Positions 16,931-26,826 of a stretch of 64,000 nt of DNA are shown here, in pieces (position 1 is the stretch's first letter; each line of letters starts with the position of its first letter). This DNA comes from Candidatus Limnocylindrales bacterium (GTDB lineage Bacteria > Chloroflexota > Limnocylindria > Limnocylindrales > CSP1-4), in contig JBPPMZ010000088.1 of assembly GCA_051306295.1 (NCBI GenBank), forward strand, positions 7,728 through 71,727, in the 5' to 3' direction. A program made the translations under genes and the position numbers. Below the pieces are notes generated by a model. That model saw only the letters and a list, made by a program, of their open reading frames with translations. It ran no database searches and was not told where the DNA came from.

Positions 16931-18253
16931 TCAGCGGGCCTTCGGCAGACTGACCGCGCCGAGCAGATCGCCATCCGGACGGTAGCGTCCATGGCGTCCA
17001 GCGGCCAGACCGCGGCGTTCCAGCAGGGCAAGCGTCGCGAGGACTGTGGCGACCGTGAGGTCGGTCATGGCGACCACCTCATCGACCGTTCGATGGCCAG
17101 CGAGGAGCTGCGTGGCGACCGACCGCTCGGCCGCGCCAAGGTGGTCCAGAGCGGCGCTGGCGACATCCTCGCTCGGGGCTCGGCGGCCCGCCGCGACCGG
17201 AGCCGCCGAGCCGGCGAAACCCAGATCCGCGATCAACTGCGGGATGCCGGCGACGACCCGGACCACGTCCGGGAACTCGCGGAGGAGGGCGAGACCCCCT
17301 TCCGATCCCTGGGCGTCCATCGGCCCTGGCACGACGAAACAGGATCGGCCCTGCTCCATGGCCCAGCTGGCGGTGATGAGTGCGCCACTCCGCGCCGGCG
17401 CCTCGACGATGACGGTCGCCGAACTCAGCCCGCTGATGATCCGGTTGCGACGCGGAAAGGTGCCCTGCGTCGGCTGGACATCGGGCGCGTACTCCGAGAC
17501 GACGGCTCCCCCGGCGGCCAGGATCGCGTCGGCCAGGCGGGTGTGTGGTCGCGGGCCGAGCCACGCATGCCCACCGCCGATCACGGCGACTGTGTGACCG
17601 CCGGCCCGTATCGTCGCTTCGTGCGCGGCCCCGTCGATCCCATAGGCGAGTCCCGAGATCACGGTCGCGTCCGCTGTCACGAGGGCGCGGGCGATGCGGG
17701 CCGCCGTCGTCCGACCGCTCATCGTCGCCCGACGCGTCCCGACGACCGCCACGGCGCGAGGGCGCGAGAGGGCCCCGACCGCTCCGGTGAGGAACAGCAC
17801 GTGTGGCGGAAACGGGATGTCTGCGAGACAGGCCGGGAACGACGGTTCCTCCATGGTCACGACCGCGACTCCGGTCTCGCGCAGTCGACCCAGCACGACG
17901 GGCCCGCGCTGCACCCCTTCCACGATCGCGACCGCGAGCCCGGGGTCGATCGGGAACCGGACCCATCGGCGACCATCCCGCTCGATCCCCTGCGTGCCGG
18001 CCAGACGGTCCGCGGCCCCCGGACGCGCCGACTCGGCCAGGATCGTCAACGCCGAGCCGTATCGGGCGAGGAGTGCCGCGAAGCCGACCGGGCCCAGGCC
18101 GTCGATGGCGGCCAGCACGGCCCAGGCATCACGCTCGGCGTTCGTCACGACGCTCGCGACCGGAGCCACGGCGGGTCGTGCCAGCGCCGGTGGTCCCAGG
18201 CCGCGTGGGCCATCGTCGAGGGCGAGTGGTCCGGTCGTCCCGACGCCGAGCAT
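16931..18253 (-). CDS. dprA: DNA-processing protein DprA (Smf)
   Basis: The Rossmann-like DprA core reads VVGTRRAT..., then ISGLAYGIDGAAHEA, FPRRNRIISGLS and VIVEAPARSGALITA, followed by a C-terminal winged-helix region. The ATG at 18253 shares 1 nt with the comM stop (TGATG). Confidence 0.85.
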   Translation of the reverse strand: MLGVGTTGPLALDDGPRGLGPPALARPAVAPVASVVTNAERDAWAVLAAIDGLGPVGFAALLARYGSALTILAESARPGAADRLAGTQGIERDGRRWVRFPIDPGLAVAIVEGVQRGPVVLGRLRETGVAVVTMEEPSFPACLADIPFPPHVLFLTGAVGALSRPRAVAVVGTRRATMSGRTTAARIARALVTADATVISGLAYGIDGAAHEATIRAGGHTVAVIGGGHAWLGPRPHTRLADAILAAGGAVVSEYAPDVQPTQGTFPRRNRIISGLSSATVIVEAPARSGALITASWAMEQGRSCFVVPGPMDAQGSEGGLALLREFPDVVRVVAGIPQLIADLGFAGSAAPVAAGRRAPSEDVASAALDHLGAAERSVATQLLAGHRTVDEVVAMTDLTVATVLATLALLERRGLAAGRHGRYRPDGDLLGAVSLPKAR

Positions 18254-19824
18254 CAGGAGGCCAGCGCGTCGGCGGCGCGCTCGGCGCTCGAGCGGAAGTA
18301 CGCCGCCTCGTCGATGTGCCGGATGCGGACCGCGTCCGAACCGTCCAGATCGGCGATCGTCCGGGCGACCCGGAGCAGGCGTTCCGTGCCGCGCCCACTC
18401 GCGGCCTCGGCGTCGGCCAGCTCGACCGTCCGGCGGCGAACAGCCGCATCGAGTCGGCAGGCGCTGCGCAACGCCCGCCCGCGCAGTCGCCCGTTGCTGC
18501 GTCCATCGTTGCGCGCGCGGCTTCCCGCCAGGACGGCCGCGATGCGCGGCGCGACGAACGCCGAGGCCTCGGCATCTCCCAGCGCCACGAGCGATCCTGC
18601 CGGGATCCTGGTCATCGTCACCCACAGGTCGATCCGGTCGCGGAGCGGCCCCGACACACGTCGTTCATATCGTTCGACGGCCTCGTGCGAGCAGCGGCAG
18701 CGACCCTCGGGCAGCGACCCGGCGTAGCCGCATGGGCACGGATTCATGGCGGCGATGAGCTGGAACCGCGCCGGGAACGTCACGACGCCCCCGGCCCTCG
18801 CGATGCGAACCTGACCCTCCTCCAGCGGCTGGCGGAGCGCTTCGAGCACGTCGCGGTCGAACTCGGCGAGCTCGTCAAGGAACAGGATCCCGTGGTCCGC
18901 GCGCGTCACTTCACCGGGGGTCAAGCGCGGTCCGCCGCCGACCATCGCCGCGTACGACAGGGTGTGGTGTGGTGCCCGGAACGGGGCCTGCCGATGGAGT
19001 CCCACGATCGGCCCCTCGCCGGCGGCCGATGCGACGACCGTCGCCGCCAAGGCCGCCGCATCGTCGAGCGGTGGGAGCAATCCCGGGACGGTCCGGGCCA
19101 GGAGCGTCTTGCCAACCCCCGGCGGGCCGATGAGCAACAGGCCGTGACCGCCGGCGAGGGCGATCTCCAGCCCGCGCCGGGCCTCGGCCTGCCCACGCAC
19201 ATCCGCGAGGTCTGGGCCTGGTGGCGTGACCGTAAGGGTCTGCGCAGGCCCGCTGTCGTCGACTGGCGAAAAGGCCAGCGTGACCCGCGGCATGGCCACC
19301 GGTCGGCGCCGCGGGGCGCGGCCGCGTACGGCTTCCGCCGCCTCGGCGAGCGTCGCAACCCCGACCACCGTCACGCCCTCGACCAACCGAGCCTCGTCCG
19401 CGGCCGCATCGGCGACGAGCACCCGGCTGACCCCGCGCCGGGCCAGCGCCGCGACCATCGGCAGGATCCCGGGGACCGCCCGGACCTCACCACCGAGCGA
19501 GAGTTCGCCGATGAGGGCCGGGCCGTCCGCGCCCGCCCGGCACTGCTCCGACCCGAGCAGGATGCCGACGGCCATCGCAAGGTCCAGGCTGGCTCCCGCC
19601 TTGCGCAGATCCGCCGGGGCGAGGTTGATCGTGATCCGGCGCGGCGGGAACACGAACCCCGCGTTGCGGATGGCACCGCGGACCCGCTCGCGCGCTTCCT
19701 GGAGGGCCGTGTCCGGCAGGCCCACGATCGTGCAGCCGGGCAGTCCCGGCGCGACATCGACCTCGACGCGGATCGCCCGCCCGTCCAGGCCGAGGAGCGT
19801 TGCGGAGGTGACCACGGCCAACAT
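18253..19824 (-). CDS. comM: YifB/ComM family Mg-chelatase-like AAA+ ATPase
   Basis: MLAVVTSATLLGLDGRAIRVEVDV...GLPDTALQEARERVRGAI, Walker A LLIGPPGVGKTLLA, GILFLDELAEF, and the C-terminal CPCG motif. Confidence 0.9.
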   Translation of the reverse strand: MLAVVTSATLLGLDGRAIRVEVDVAPGLPGCTIVGLPDTALQEARERVRGAIRNAGFVFPPRRITINLAPADLRKAGASLDLAMAVGILLGSEQCRAGADGPALIGELSLGGEVRAVPGILPMVAALARRGVSRVLVADAAADEARLVEGVTVVGVATLAEAAEAVRGRAPRRRPVAMPRVTLAFSPVDDSGPAQTLTVTPPGPDLADVRGQAEARRGLEIALAGGHGLLLIGPPGVGKTLLARTVPGLLPPLDDAAALAATVVASAAGEGPIVGLHRQAPFRAPHHTLSYAAMVGGGPRLTPGEVTRADHGILFLDELAEFDRDVLEALRQPLEEGQVRIARAGGVVTFPARFQLIAAMNPCPCGYAGSLPEGRCRCSHEAVERYERRVSGPLRDRIDLWVTMTRIPAGSLVALGDAEASAFVAPRIAAVLAGSRARNDGRSNGRLRGRALRSACRLDAAVRRRTVELADAEAASGRGTERLLRVARTIADLDGSDAVRIRHIDEAAYFRSSAERAADALAS

Positions 19825-19912
19825 GCCGCCACCCTACGGCGCGGCGCTCACCTCACCGTCGACCGCGACTCACCTCGCGCTTATCCGGTGTGCCGATCGT
19901 GCCGGCGCTCGT

Positions 19913-21076
19913 TCAGCGCGTGGGTGCCGTCGCCACGGCGGCCGCGGGCTTATCCACGGTCCGTGCGAAGTGCAGGAGCGAGCCACCCAGCGACGAGTCG
20001 GCCTTGGTGAACATGAACGGCGCCCCGGAGTTCAGCGCACTGATCGCGCCGCGATACTCGTTGACGACCTGGTGGTCGATGGTCCGCTTGAGGGCGCCCT
20101 CGGCGTTCTTGACGTTGATGCCGGTGAACGCATTGGAACGGTTGAGCACGAGCTGGATCTTGCTCTTCTCGTAGCCCAGGTGGTTCATCGTCTCGAGGAT
20201 GAGGCGCACGTTCTTCAGGCACGACAGGTCGGCGGTCATGACCACGAAGATCGTCTCCGCCGACTCGAAGACTCCCAGGTTGATGTCGTCGAGACGCTTG
20301 TCCACGTCCACCAGGATGTAGTCGTACATCGTGGCGAGATGGGCCAGGATCTGGGGCAGATGCTCAGGTCGGACCAGCTCCGCGGTCTCGGGCGACGGCG
20401 GCGCCAGAAGCAGGTCCACACCCGAGTCATGCTTGACCATGACGTTGCGCACGATGTCGGCGTCGATCGATGGTGCGGTCACGATGTCGACCACGCTCTT
20501 CTTGTCGAGCCCGAGGTCGAGGAAGACGCGATGGTCGCCGAACTGCAGGTTGGCGTCGACGAGGGCGACCTTGCGCCCGAGCTCGCGATGGAGCGCGATC
20601 GCCGAGTTGATGGCGATGGTCGTCGTGCCGACGCCGCCCTTGGCCCCGTAGAAGGCCAGGACATGGCCCATCGGTGGACGGGCCAGGAGCACCTCGCGCG
20701 GCGCGAAGCGGGCGAGCAAGCTCTTGATCCGGGCCAGCAGCTCGGCCGGATGGAACGGCTTGATGAGGTAATCGTCCGCCCCAGCCCGCAGGCCTCGGAC
20801 CTTCTGCTCGACCTCGCGCTCTGCCGTGAGCATGATGATCGGCACGTGGGAGGCTGCGCCCTCCTCGCTCCGGATCTTGGCCGCGACCTGGTACCCGTCG
20901 AGCTTGGGCAGCATGACATCGAGCAGGATCAGGTCCGGCGCCTCCGCGCCCCACAGCCGAAAGCCTTCCGCGCCATCGGCCGCGATGACGACGTCGTACC
21001 CCTCCTGCTTGAGGGTGTACTGCAGCAATCGCTGGACATTCGCGTCGTCATCGACGACAAGGATCTTGGCGGCCAT
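19913..21076 (-). CDS. Response-regulator receiver domain fused to a CpaE/MinD/ParA-type ATPase
   Basis: REC domain: KILVVDDD...DLILLDVMLPKLDG...ADDYLIKPF. It is followed by the deviant Walker A FYGAKGGVGTTTIAINSA and then ...VDANLQFGD. The RBS GGAGGA lies 3 nt upstream of the ATG. Confidence 0.8.
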   Translation of the reverse strand: MAAKILVVDDDANVQRLLQYTLKQEGYDVVIAADGAEGFRLWGAEAPDLILLDVMLPKLDGYQVAAKIRSEEGAASHVPIIMLTAEREVEQKVRGLRAGADDYLIKPFHPAELLARIKSLLARFAPREVLLARPPMGHVLAFYGAKGGVGTTTIAINSAIALHRELGRKVALVDANLQFGDHRVFLDLGLDKKSVVDIVTAPSIDADIVRNVMVKHDSGVDLLLAPPSPETAELVRPEHLPQILAHLATMYDYILVDVDKRLDDINLGVFESAETIFVVMTADLSCLKNVRLILETMNHLGYEKSKIQLVLNRSNAFTGINVKNAEGALKRTIDHQVVNEYRGAISALNSGAPFMFTKADSSLGGSLLHFARTVDKPAAAVATAPTR

Positions 21077-21190
21077 CAGTCCTCCACGGGCGTGGCTTGG
21101 TCGCAGGGGTGTCCGGCTGGGGATTCCGGTGGGGTCATCATAGTGCCCTCCCGGAGGTTCGGTGCCAGCGTCGACAGGTGGACGGGGCGG

Positions 21191-22198
21191 TCAGTCGCCC
21201 TCTCGACGGGCATCCTCGCGGCGTGCGGCACCGAGGGCCACCCGAAGGAAGTCCACGACGCGTCGCTCATAGTCCTGCCCGGCGACCTCATGGCTCTCAC
21301 TGTGACCCGCCCCGGGCACGATCCAGTGCTCCGTCGCCGGCCCGGCCTGCGCGGCCAATCGACGGCCCTCGGCGATCGGCACGGTCGTGTCGTCCTCCCC
21401 GTGGATGAGGAGGACCGGAACGGGATCGACGAGCCCGATGACCCGGATCGGCTCCGTGGCCCGCACATCCGCGCCAAGGATCGACGCCGCCCCATCGAAC
21501 AGACGCGCCGCCGTGAACCGCCGAAACGGGCCTGACAGCCGATTGGCGATGGGGACCACGAGTTCCGGCGCGACGGAATCGGCCACGACCGCGACGATCC
21601 TTGGGCGTGGTGGGTCGATGCTGGCCCGCGGAGCGTCGGGGTCGATATCCGCGGCGGCCAGCGAGCCATCGCCGAGCACCGCCACCGCTGCGATGGCGCT
21701 GATGCCGCCCATCGAGGTTCCGACCAGGGCGACGCGCGAGATGCCGCGCTCACCCATCCAGGCGAGCGCCCCGGCGATGTCCTCGACTTCCAGCAGGCCG
21801 AACGTGGATAGGCCGTCAGCACTCTCGCCGTGACCTCGAAAGTCCAGGCCGAGGACGCCGGCGGTCCCGCGCAGGAACGGTCCGTACTCCACGAGGTCGG
21901 GGGCGATCGAGCCCGAATAGCCGTGCAGCAGCAGGATGGCCTCATGCGGATCGGCCACCCAGGGATCATCCCCGGTCGTATCCCGCGGCAGCCAGCGGGC
22001 GGCCAGGCGAAGCCCGTCGCGCGCATGCAGGCGGACGACCTCGCCGCCGAGCGCATCGATCGCCGGTCCCAGGCTCGCTTCGTTCGGTCCGGTCCGCGGC
22101 GCATCGAGCAGCCGATGGGCCGCCCGGCGCCCGACCGCCCGAGCGGTCGCCACCGAAGCGAGCGTCGCCACCCCGCTGACGAGCAGCCGACGGATCAC
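21191..22198 (-). CDS. Alpha/beta-fold hydrolase
   Basis: LLLHGYSGS, the nucleophile elbow GTSMGG, and LLIHGEDDTTVP...GAGHSES. The GTG start overlaps the stomatin-gene stop (GTGA at 22195-22198). Confidence 0.75.
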   Translation of the reverse strand: MIRRLLVSGVATLASVATARAVGRRAAHRLLDAPRTGPNEASLGPAIDALGGEVVRLHARDGLRLAARWLPRDTTGDDPWVADPHEAILLLHGYSGSIAPDLVEYGPFLRGTAGVLGLDFRGHGESADGLSTFGLLEVEDIAGALAWMGERGISRVALVGTSMGGISAIAAVAVLGDGSLAAADIDPDAPRASIDPPRPRIVAVVADSVAPELVVPIANRLSGPFRRFTAARLFDGAASILGADVRATEPIRVIGLVDPVPVLLIHGEDDTTVPIAEGRRLAAQAGPATEHWIVPGAGHSESHEVAGQDYERRVVDFLRVALGAARREDARREGD

Positions 22199-23130
22199 CC
22201 GGCGCTCGCCGACGGGTCGCTCGCGGAGCTTGGCGGTCGGGCCGGGGTCGTGGCGCTGTCGCCCACGGGCTTCACGTAGTCGATGAACGGCTCCAGCAGG
22301 CGGGTGAACTCGAACGGGATGACGAACTTGGTGGCCGGTCCAGCGCCGAGGCTCTTGAGCGCCTCGAGGTACTGCAGGGCCATCGTCTTCTGGTCCACGC
22401 CCGACGCGGCCTGGAAGATCCGGGTCAGGGCCTCGCTGAAGCCCTCGGCCCGAAGGATGGCGGCCTGGCGCTCGCCCTCGGCCTTGAGGATCTCCGACTG
22501 CTTCTGGCCCTCCGCCACGTTGATGGCCGACTGGCGCGCGCCTTCCGATTCGGTGATGACGGCGCGCCGGGTCCGCTCCGCGGATAGCATCCGGTTCATC
22601 GAATCGAGGATGTCGCGCGGCGGGGTGATCTCGCGGATCTCGACGCGGGTGATCTTGCCGCCCCAGTTCTCCGTGATCTCGTCCAGCTTGTTGCGCAGGA
22701 CCTCATTGATCTGATCACGCTTGCTGAGGACGTCGTCCAGCAGGAAGTCGCCCACGACGGCGCGCAGGTTGGTCGTGGCGAGGCCGGCCAGGGCGCCCAC
22801 GAAGTCCTGGACGTTCACGACGCTCTTGAGCGGATCCACGATCCGCCAGTAGATCAGGAAGTCGATCGGGATCGTGACGTTGTCCTTGGTGATCGCGGTC
22901 TGGCTCGGGACCTCGACGAACTGCTCACGCAGGTTCACCCGCTGCGGCCGGTCGATGAACGGGATCAGCAGGACGAGACCCGGGCCCTTGACCAGCGAGT
23001 CGTCCGTGTTGCCCAGGCGGTAGACGACGAGCTTGTCGCCACGATTGACGACCCGGATCGCCAACCAGAGGACCAGGAGCACCAGGACGACGATCGCGAT
23101 GACGGTGGCCAGGAACGTGACATCGGGCAT
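22195..23130 (-). CDS. SPFH/Band-7 protein, stomatin-like
   Basis: N-terminal TM segment, then RVVNRGDKLVVYRLG...GPGLVLLIPFIDR...TKDNVTIPIDFLIYWRIVDP, which is a typical stomatin/PHB domain. Confidence 0.85.
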   Translation of the reverse strand: MPDVTFLATVIAIVVLVLLVLWLAIRVVNRGDKLVVYRLGNTDDSLVKGPGLVLLIPFIDRPQRVNLREQFVEVPSQTAITKDNVTIPIDFLIYWRIVDPLKSVVNVQDFVGALAGLATTNLRAVVGDFLLDDVLSKRDQINEVLRNKLDEITENWGGKITRVEIREITPPRDILDSMNRMLSAERTRRAVITESEGARQSAINVAEGQKQSEILKAEGERQAAILRAEGFSEALTRIFQAASGVDQKTMALQYLEALKSLGAGPATKFVIPFEFTRLLEPFIDYVKPVGDSATTPARPPSSASDPSASAG

Positions 23131-23157
23131 CTAGGCTCCTTCTCGTACGACGATGGA

Positions 23158-24525
23158 TCAGGCAGTCGGATCTACAGGCTCCACGATGAGGGTGAGACCG
23201 TCCTGCTGGACGACCCGGACAGGGGTTCCCCGGGCGAGCGGCGTGCCGTCCGCGGTGCGGGCGGACCAGTCTTCCCCTGACGCGGAGACCACCCCGATCG
23301 GGTGGAGCGGTGACCGCACCGTGGCCATCTCGCCGGACACCACGATGGGTCCGGTCGAACGACCGAGTCGCGCACCCATGCGCCGGCGCCAGCGCACCAC
23401 CACGAACAGGATGAACAGCATGTAGGCGGCCGTGATGGTCGTGAAGGCCGCAACGACCAGCGGATCCACCTTGATGTCGGGCGCCGTCGGGTTGCCAGGC
23501 TCCGTGTACAGCGCCGATGCGCCAAGCGCAAAGCAGACGATCCCCCCGACCGTGAGCAGGCCATGGCTGGACACGTTGAACTCGAGCAGGAAGAGGATGA
23601 CGGCGAGTCCGATCAGGAGCAGACCCGCGACATTGAGCGGCAGGCTGCCGAACCCGATGAACGCTAGCACGATGGCGATCGCGCCCAGGATGCCGGTGAC
23701 GAAGTTGGGGCTCTGCAGCTCGAAGATCAGACCGTAGAAGCCGACCGTGAACAGGATGAACGCGATGTTCGGGTCCGACAGCAGGTGCAGGAGCTGCTGG
23801 GCCGGGTTCATCGGTAGCTCCACGGCGGTCGCGCCGGCCGTGTCGATCGTGGTGGGAACGCCCCTGACGCTGATCTCAAGCCCGTCGGCGAAGGCGATGA
23901 CGTCCTCGACGGAGCCCACGATGCCGTCGATCGCGCCCTCGGCCAGCGCCTCCGTCGCGGGCGACGACCGGGCATCTCGAACGGTCGTCTCCGCCCATTC
24001 GACGTTCCGGCCGCGGGCCTCGGAGATGGACCGGATGCTGGCGATGGCGTCGTTGAGGACCTTGTCGCCGAGGGCCCCCTCGATGTCTTCGCCATTCCCA
24101 CCGACCGGGGTGGCGGCGCCGATGTTCGTGCCTGGCGCCATGAGCGCGACATGGGATGCGAGGGTGATGAAGGTCCCGGCACTGGCCGCCCGGCCTCCCG
24201 ACGGCGCCACCCAGACGACGGTCGGGATCGGTGCTTCCAGGATGGACGAGACGATGCGCTGGGTGGCATCCAGGCTGCCGCCCGGGGTGTTGAGCCGGAT
24301 GACGACAGCTGACGCCCCGTCGCGATGGGCGCGCTGGATCCCCTCGGCGATGTAACCCGCCAATACGTTGTCAACGACGCCCGTCGCCGGCAGGACGATG
24401 ACGGTCGGTCCAGGCCGCGTCGAGGTGCCTTCCGTCTGGGCCGACGCCGTGCCGCCGGCGAACAACTCCAGGGCGGCGAACAGGAGCGGGAGGACGAGGA
24501 CGGCCCGGATGACGCGACGGGACAT
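23158..24525 (-). CDS. NfeD-family membrane-bound ClpP-class serine protease (long NfeD1b type)
   Basis: Signal peptide, ClpP-like domain (VVIRLNTPGGSLDATQRIV...APSGGRAASAGTFI), several TM segments, and a C-terminal OB-fold NfeD domain. It lies immediately upstream of the stomatin gene. Confidence 0.85.
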   Translation of the reverse strand: MSRRVIRAVLVLPLLFAALELFAGGTASAQTEGTSTRPGPTVIVLPATGVVDNVLAGYIAEGIQRAHRDGASAVVIRLNTPGGSLDATQRIVSSILEAPIPTVVWVAPSGGRAASAGTFITLASHVALMAPGTNIGAATPVGGNGEDIEGALGDKVLNDAIASIRSISEARGRNVEWAETTVRDARSSPATEALAEGAIDGIVGSVEDVIAFADGLEISVRGVPTTIDTAGATAVELPMNPAQQLLHLLSDPNIAFILFTVGFYGLIFELQSPNFVTGILGAIAIVLAFIGFGSLPLNVAGLLLIGLAVILFLLEFNVSSHGLLTVGGIVCFALGASALYTEPGNPTAPDIKVDPLVVAAFTTITAAYMLFILFVVVRWRRRMGARLGRSTGPIVVSGEMATVRSPLHPIGVVSASGEDWSARTADGTPLARGTPVRVVQQDGLTLIVEPVDPTA

Positions 24526-24546
24526 GGATGGACCCTCAGTTCCCCC

Positions 24547-25131
24547 CTATGGTAGCGCCGAAGGTTCCAAGGCCTCCCAGACGAGGCGGCTCCAGCTCTC
24601 CATGCGATCGATCACGGCCCGGACCTCGTCGGGGCCGGCGAAGGACCCGGCGAGCTTGTCGTGTTCACGGATCGCCACGCGGCGACCGGCTGCGTCGGCC
24701 GTGTAGACGAGCCCGAGGTGGACGGCCCCGACGGCTGTGGTGTCGTCGTTGAGCAGACCCACTGCCGAGAAGGCCGGCATGAAGTCCGCCTCGATCTCCT
24801 CGTTCCACTCTCGCTCGAGACCGCCGAGGGGACTCCCATCACCGGGTTCGATATGGCCGCCGATCCCGATCGAGTAGTGGTCGTGGAGCCGAGCGTCTGC
24901 GCCCGCACGGGTGCGACGCATGAGGAATGTCGCGTCACCGTCTCGGAGGACGAGATACGGGATGATCTGCTTGCCCTGAGGGTCGACCTCGGCGTCATCG
25001 CGCGCGTCGAATCGGCCGTGGCGCGCCACCGCCTCCAGGAGCGCCTCCACTCCGTCCGTGCGCAGGCCGTGCCACGCGCCGCCGTCCGGCACGTGGACCC
25101 GGTCCAGGACGAGGACGCGCTCGCGGCTCAC
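24547..25131 (-). CDS. Nudix-like hydrolase-fold protein (degenerate Nudix box)
   Basis: GGHIEPGDGSPLGGLEREWNEEIEA resembles the Nudix box Gx5Ex7REUxEExGU. The GTG start overlaps the tyrA stop (GTGA at 25128-25131). Confidence 0.5.
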   Translation of the reverse strand: MSRERVLVLDRVHVPDGGAWHGLRTDGVEALLEAVARHGRFDARDDAEVDPQGKQIIPYLVLRDGDATFLMRRTRAGADARLHDHYSIGIGGHIEPGDGSPLGGLEREWNEEIEADFMPAFSAVGLLNDDTTAVGAVHLGLVYTADAAGRRVAIREHDKLAGSFAGPDEVRAVIDRMESWSRLVWEALEPSALP

Positions 25132-26012
25132 GGCTGCGCCTGCTCGAGCATCTCCTTCGCCCGGGCCAGACGCAGCCGGACTTCCTCGGGGTCTGGACCG
25201 CCATCGCGCTCCAGCTCGTCCGCCCAGGACTCGAGCGTCGCGACGAGGTCGCGGATCCGCGCCGCGATCGGCGCGCCGTTGGTGACCATGATGCCCGCGC
25301 CCATGGCCACGTCACCGCGCGCCAGACGGGTCGTGTCTCGCCACCCGCCGGCAGCGAGGCCGCGAGCCTCCGACCAACCCGCGCGCGGCACGTCCAGCGA
25401 TCCGGCGATCGTCTCGACCAGGGCCGCGGAGACGAGCAAGGGCAGATGGCTGATCCCCGCGACCGCGTCATCGTGGGCACTGGCCGACAGCCGGACCGGC
25501 CGAGCCCCGACGGCGCGCGCCAGTGCTTCGACACGCGCGACTGCGGGTTCGTCACCACCCGGGACCACGACCCAGGGCCGGTCCAGGAACAGGTCGCCGG
25601 CGGCGGCCTCGTAGCCACTTGCCTCGCGTCCAGCCATCGGGTGGCCGCCCACGAACCGGAGCCCAAGGGCAGTCGCGCGCAACACGAGCGCGGACTTCGT
25701 ACTGGCGACGTCCGTGATGACCGCGTCTGGAGCGAGGGCCGTCCGCCACGGACCGGCCAGCTCGTCGAGCATCGCCAGGCAGGCGGGGACGGGCCCCGCC
25801 AGGACGACGAGATCCGCGCCGTCGATCGCCGCCTCCGGCGTGGCCGCCGCCTCGTCGATCACGCCGTCGCGACGGGCCGCTCGCGGACCAACGCCACTCG
25901 GCGTCCAGGCCGCGGTGCGAACCCGGTCGCCAAGCTCGGCAGACTCGTGGTCACGCAGGGCGCGCGCCACCGATCCGCCGATGAGGCCCAGGCCGAGGAA
26001 CGCGACGTTCAC
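25128..26012 (-). CDS. tyrA: Prephenate/arogenate dehydrogenase
   Basis: N-terminal dinucleotide fold MNVAFLGLGLIGGSVARAL, then ...GGHPMAGRE... and ...SASAHD.AVA.ISHLP. This is the TyrA core pattern. Confidence 0.8.
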   Translation of the reverse strand: MNVAFLGLGLIGGSVARALRDHESAELGDRVRTAAWTPSGVGPRAARRDGVIDEAAATPEAAIDGADLVVLAGPVPACLAMLDELAGPWRTALAPDAVITDVASTKSALVLRATALGLRFVGGHPMAGREASGYEAAAGDLFLDRPWVVVPGGDEPAVARVEALARAVGARPVRLSASAHDDAVAGISHLPLLVSAALVETIAGSLDVPRAGWSEARGLAAGGWRDTTRLARGDVAMGAGIMVTNGAPIAARIRDLVATLESWADELERDGGPDPEEVRLRLARAKEMLEQAQP

Positions 26013-26140
26013 GCTCCGGAGTATCGCAGCCGACCGATGTGCGCGTGGTCGCTGGTGCTACCATCGGCGACGAGCGGGGGGATCCAGGCCGCTGGTCGAC
26101 CCGGCCGCCCCGAGGCTCGGTGGGAGGAAGAGGCGCCGCC

Positions 26141-26818
26141 GTGGACACCAAACCGACGAGAGTCCTGCTCGTCGACGACCACCAGTTGCTGACCGACTCC
26201 CTGGCGAGGCTGCTCTCCGCCGAACCCGACATCGAGGTCGTGGGCATCGCCGGGACGGTCGCTGAGGCCAAGCACCTGGCCCGCGAGCGCATGGACGTCG
26301 TGCTCATGGACTACCGGCTCCCGGATGGGACCGGCGCCGAGGCCACGCGCGCGATCAAGGCCCGCTGGCCCAGTGCCCGGGTCGTCATGCTCACGGCGGT
26401 CCAGGACGATGAGACGGTCCTCGAGTCGATCCAGGCCGGCGCCGACGGCTACATCACCAAGGACCGGGCCGTCGAAGAGGTCGTCCAGGCGGTACGCAGC
26501 GCCCGGAGCGGCGATACCCTGCTCCCGCGCTCGGTCATCATCGGCATCGCCCAGCGGGTGGCCTCCGCCCGGGACCGTCAGCCGGAGCGGCCGCAGATCG
26601 AACCCCTGACCGCGCGCGAGCTCGAGGTCCTGCGTGCCCTCGCCGAAGGCCTGCCCACGCCGGACATCTGCGAGCGCCTGTTCATCTCGCGCAACACCCT
26701 GCGTACCCACGTCCAGAACATCATGGCCAAGCTGCACGTGCACTCCAAGCTGGAGGCCGTGACCGTGGCCTTGCGCTACCGGATCATCGACCCGCCCAGG
26801 GCCGAAGGGCTCTACTAG
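26141..26818 (+). CDS. NarL/FixJ (LuxR-type HTH) response regulator
   Basis: The start is set at GTG 26141, with GGGAGGAAG at 26122-26130 upstream. REC domain VLLVDDHQLL...VVLMDYRLPDG. The C-terminal LuxR HTH reads LTARELEVLRALAEGLPTPDICERLFISRNTLRTHVQNIMAKL. No histidine kinase gene is adjacent. Confidence 0.85.
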   Translation: MDTKPTRVLLVDDHQLLTDSLARLLSAEPDIEVVGIAGTVAEAKHLARERMDVVLMDYRLPDGTGAEATRAIKARWPSARVVMLTAVQDDETVLESIQAGADGYITKDRAVEEVVQAVRSARSGDTLLPRSVIIGIAQRVASARDRQPERPQIEPLTARELEVLRALAEGLPTPDICERLFISRNTLRTHVQNIMAKLHVHSKLEAVTVALRYRIIDPPRAEGLY

Positions 26819-26826
26819 CCGGGGCC

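Noticed and set aside
16904-21535. Three very long + strand ORFs (607, 735 and 769 aa) across dprA, comM and the REC-ATPase gene
   Set aside because: They are antisense to three genes with unambiguous motifs. Their products are Arg/Pro/Gly-rich and repetitive. I consider them GC-driven open frames.
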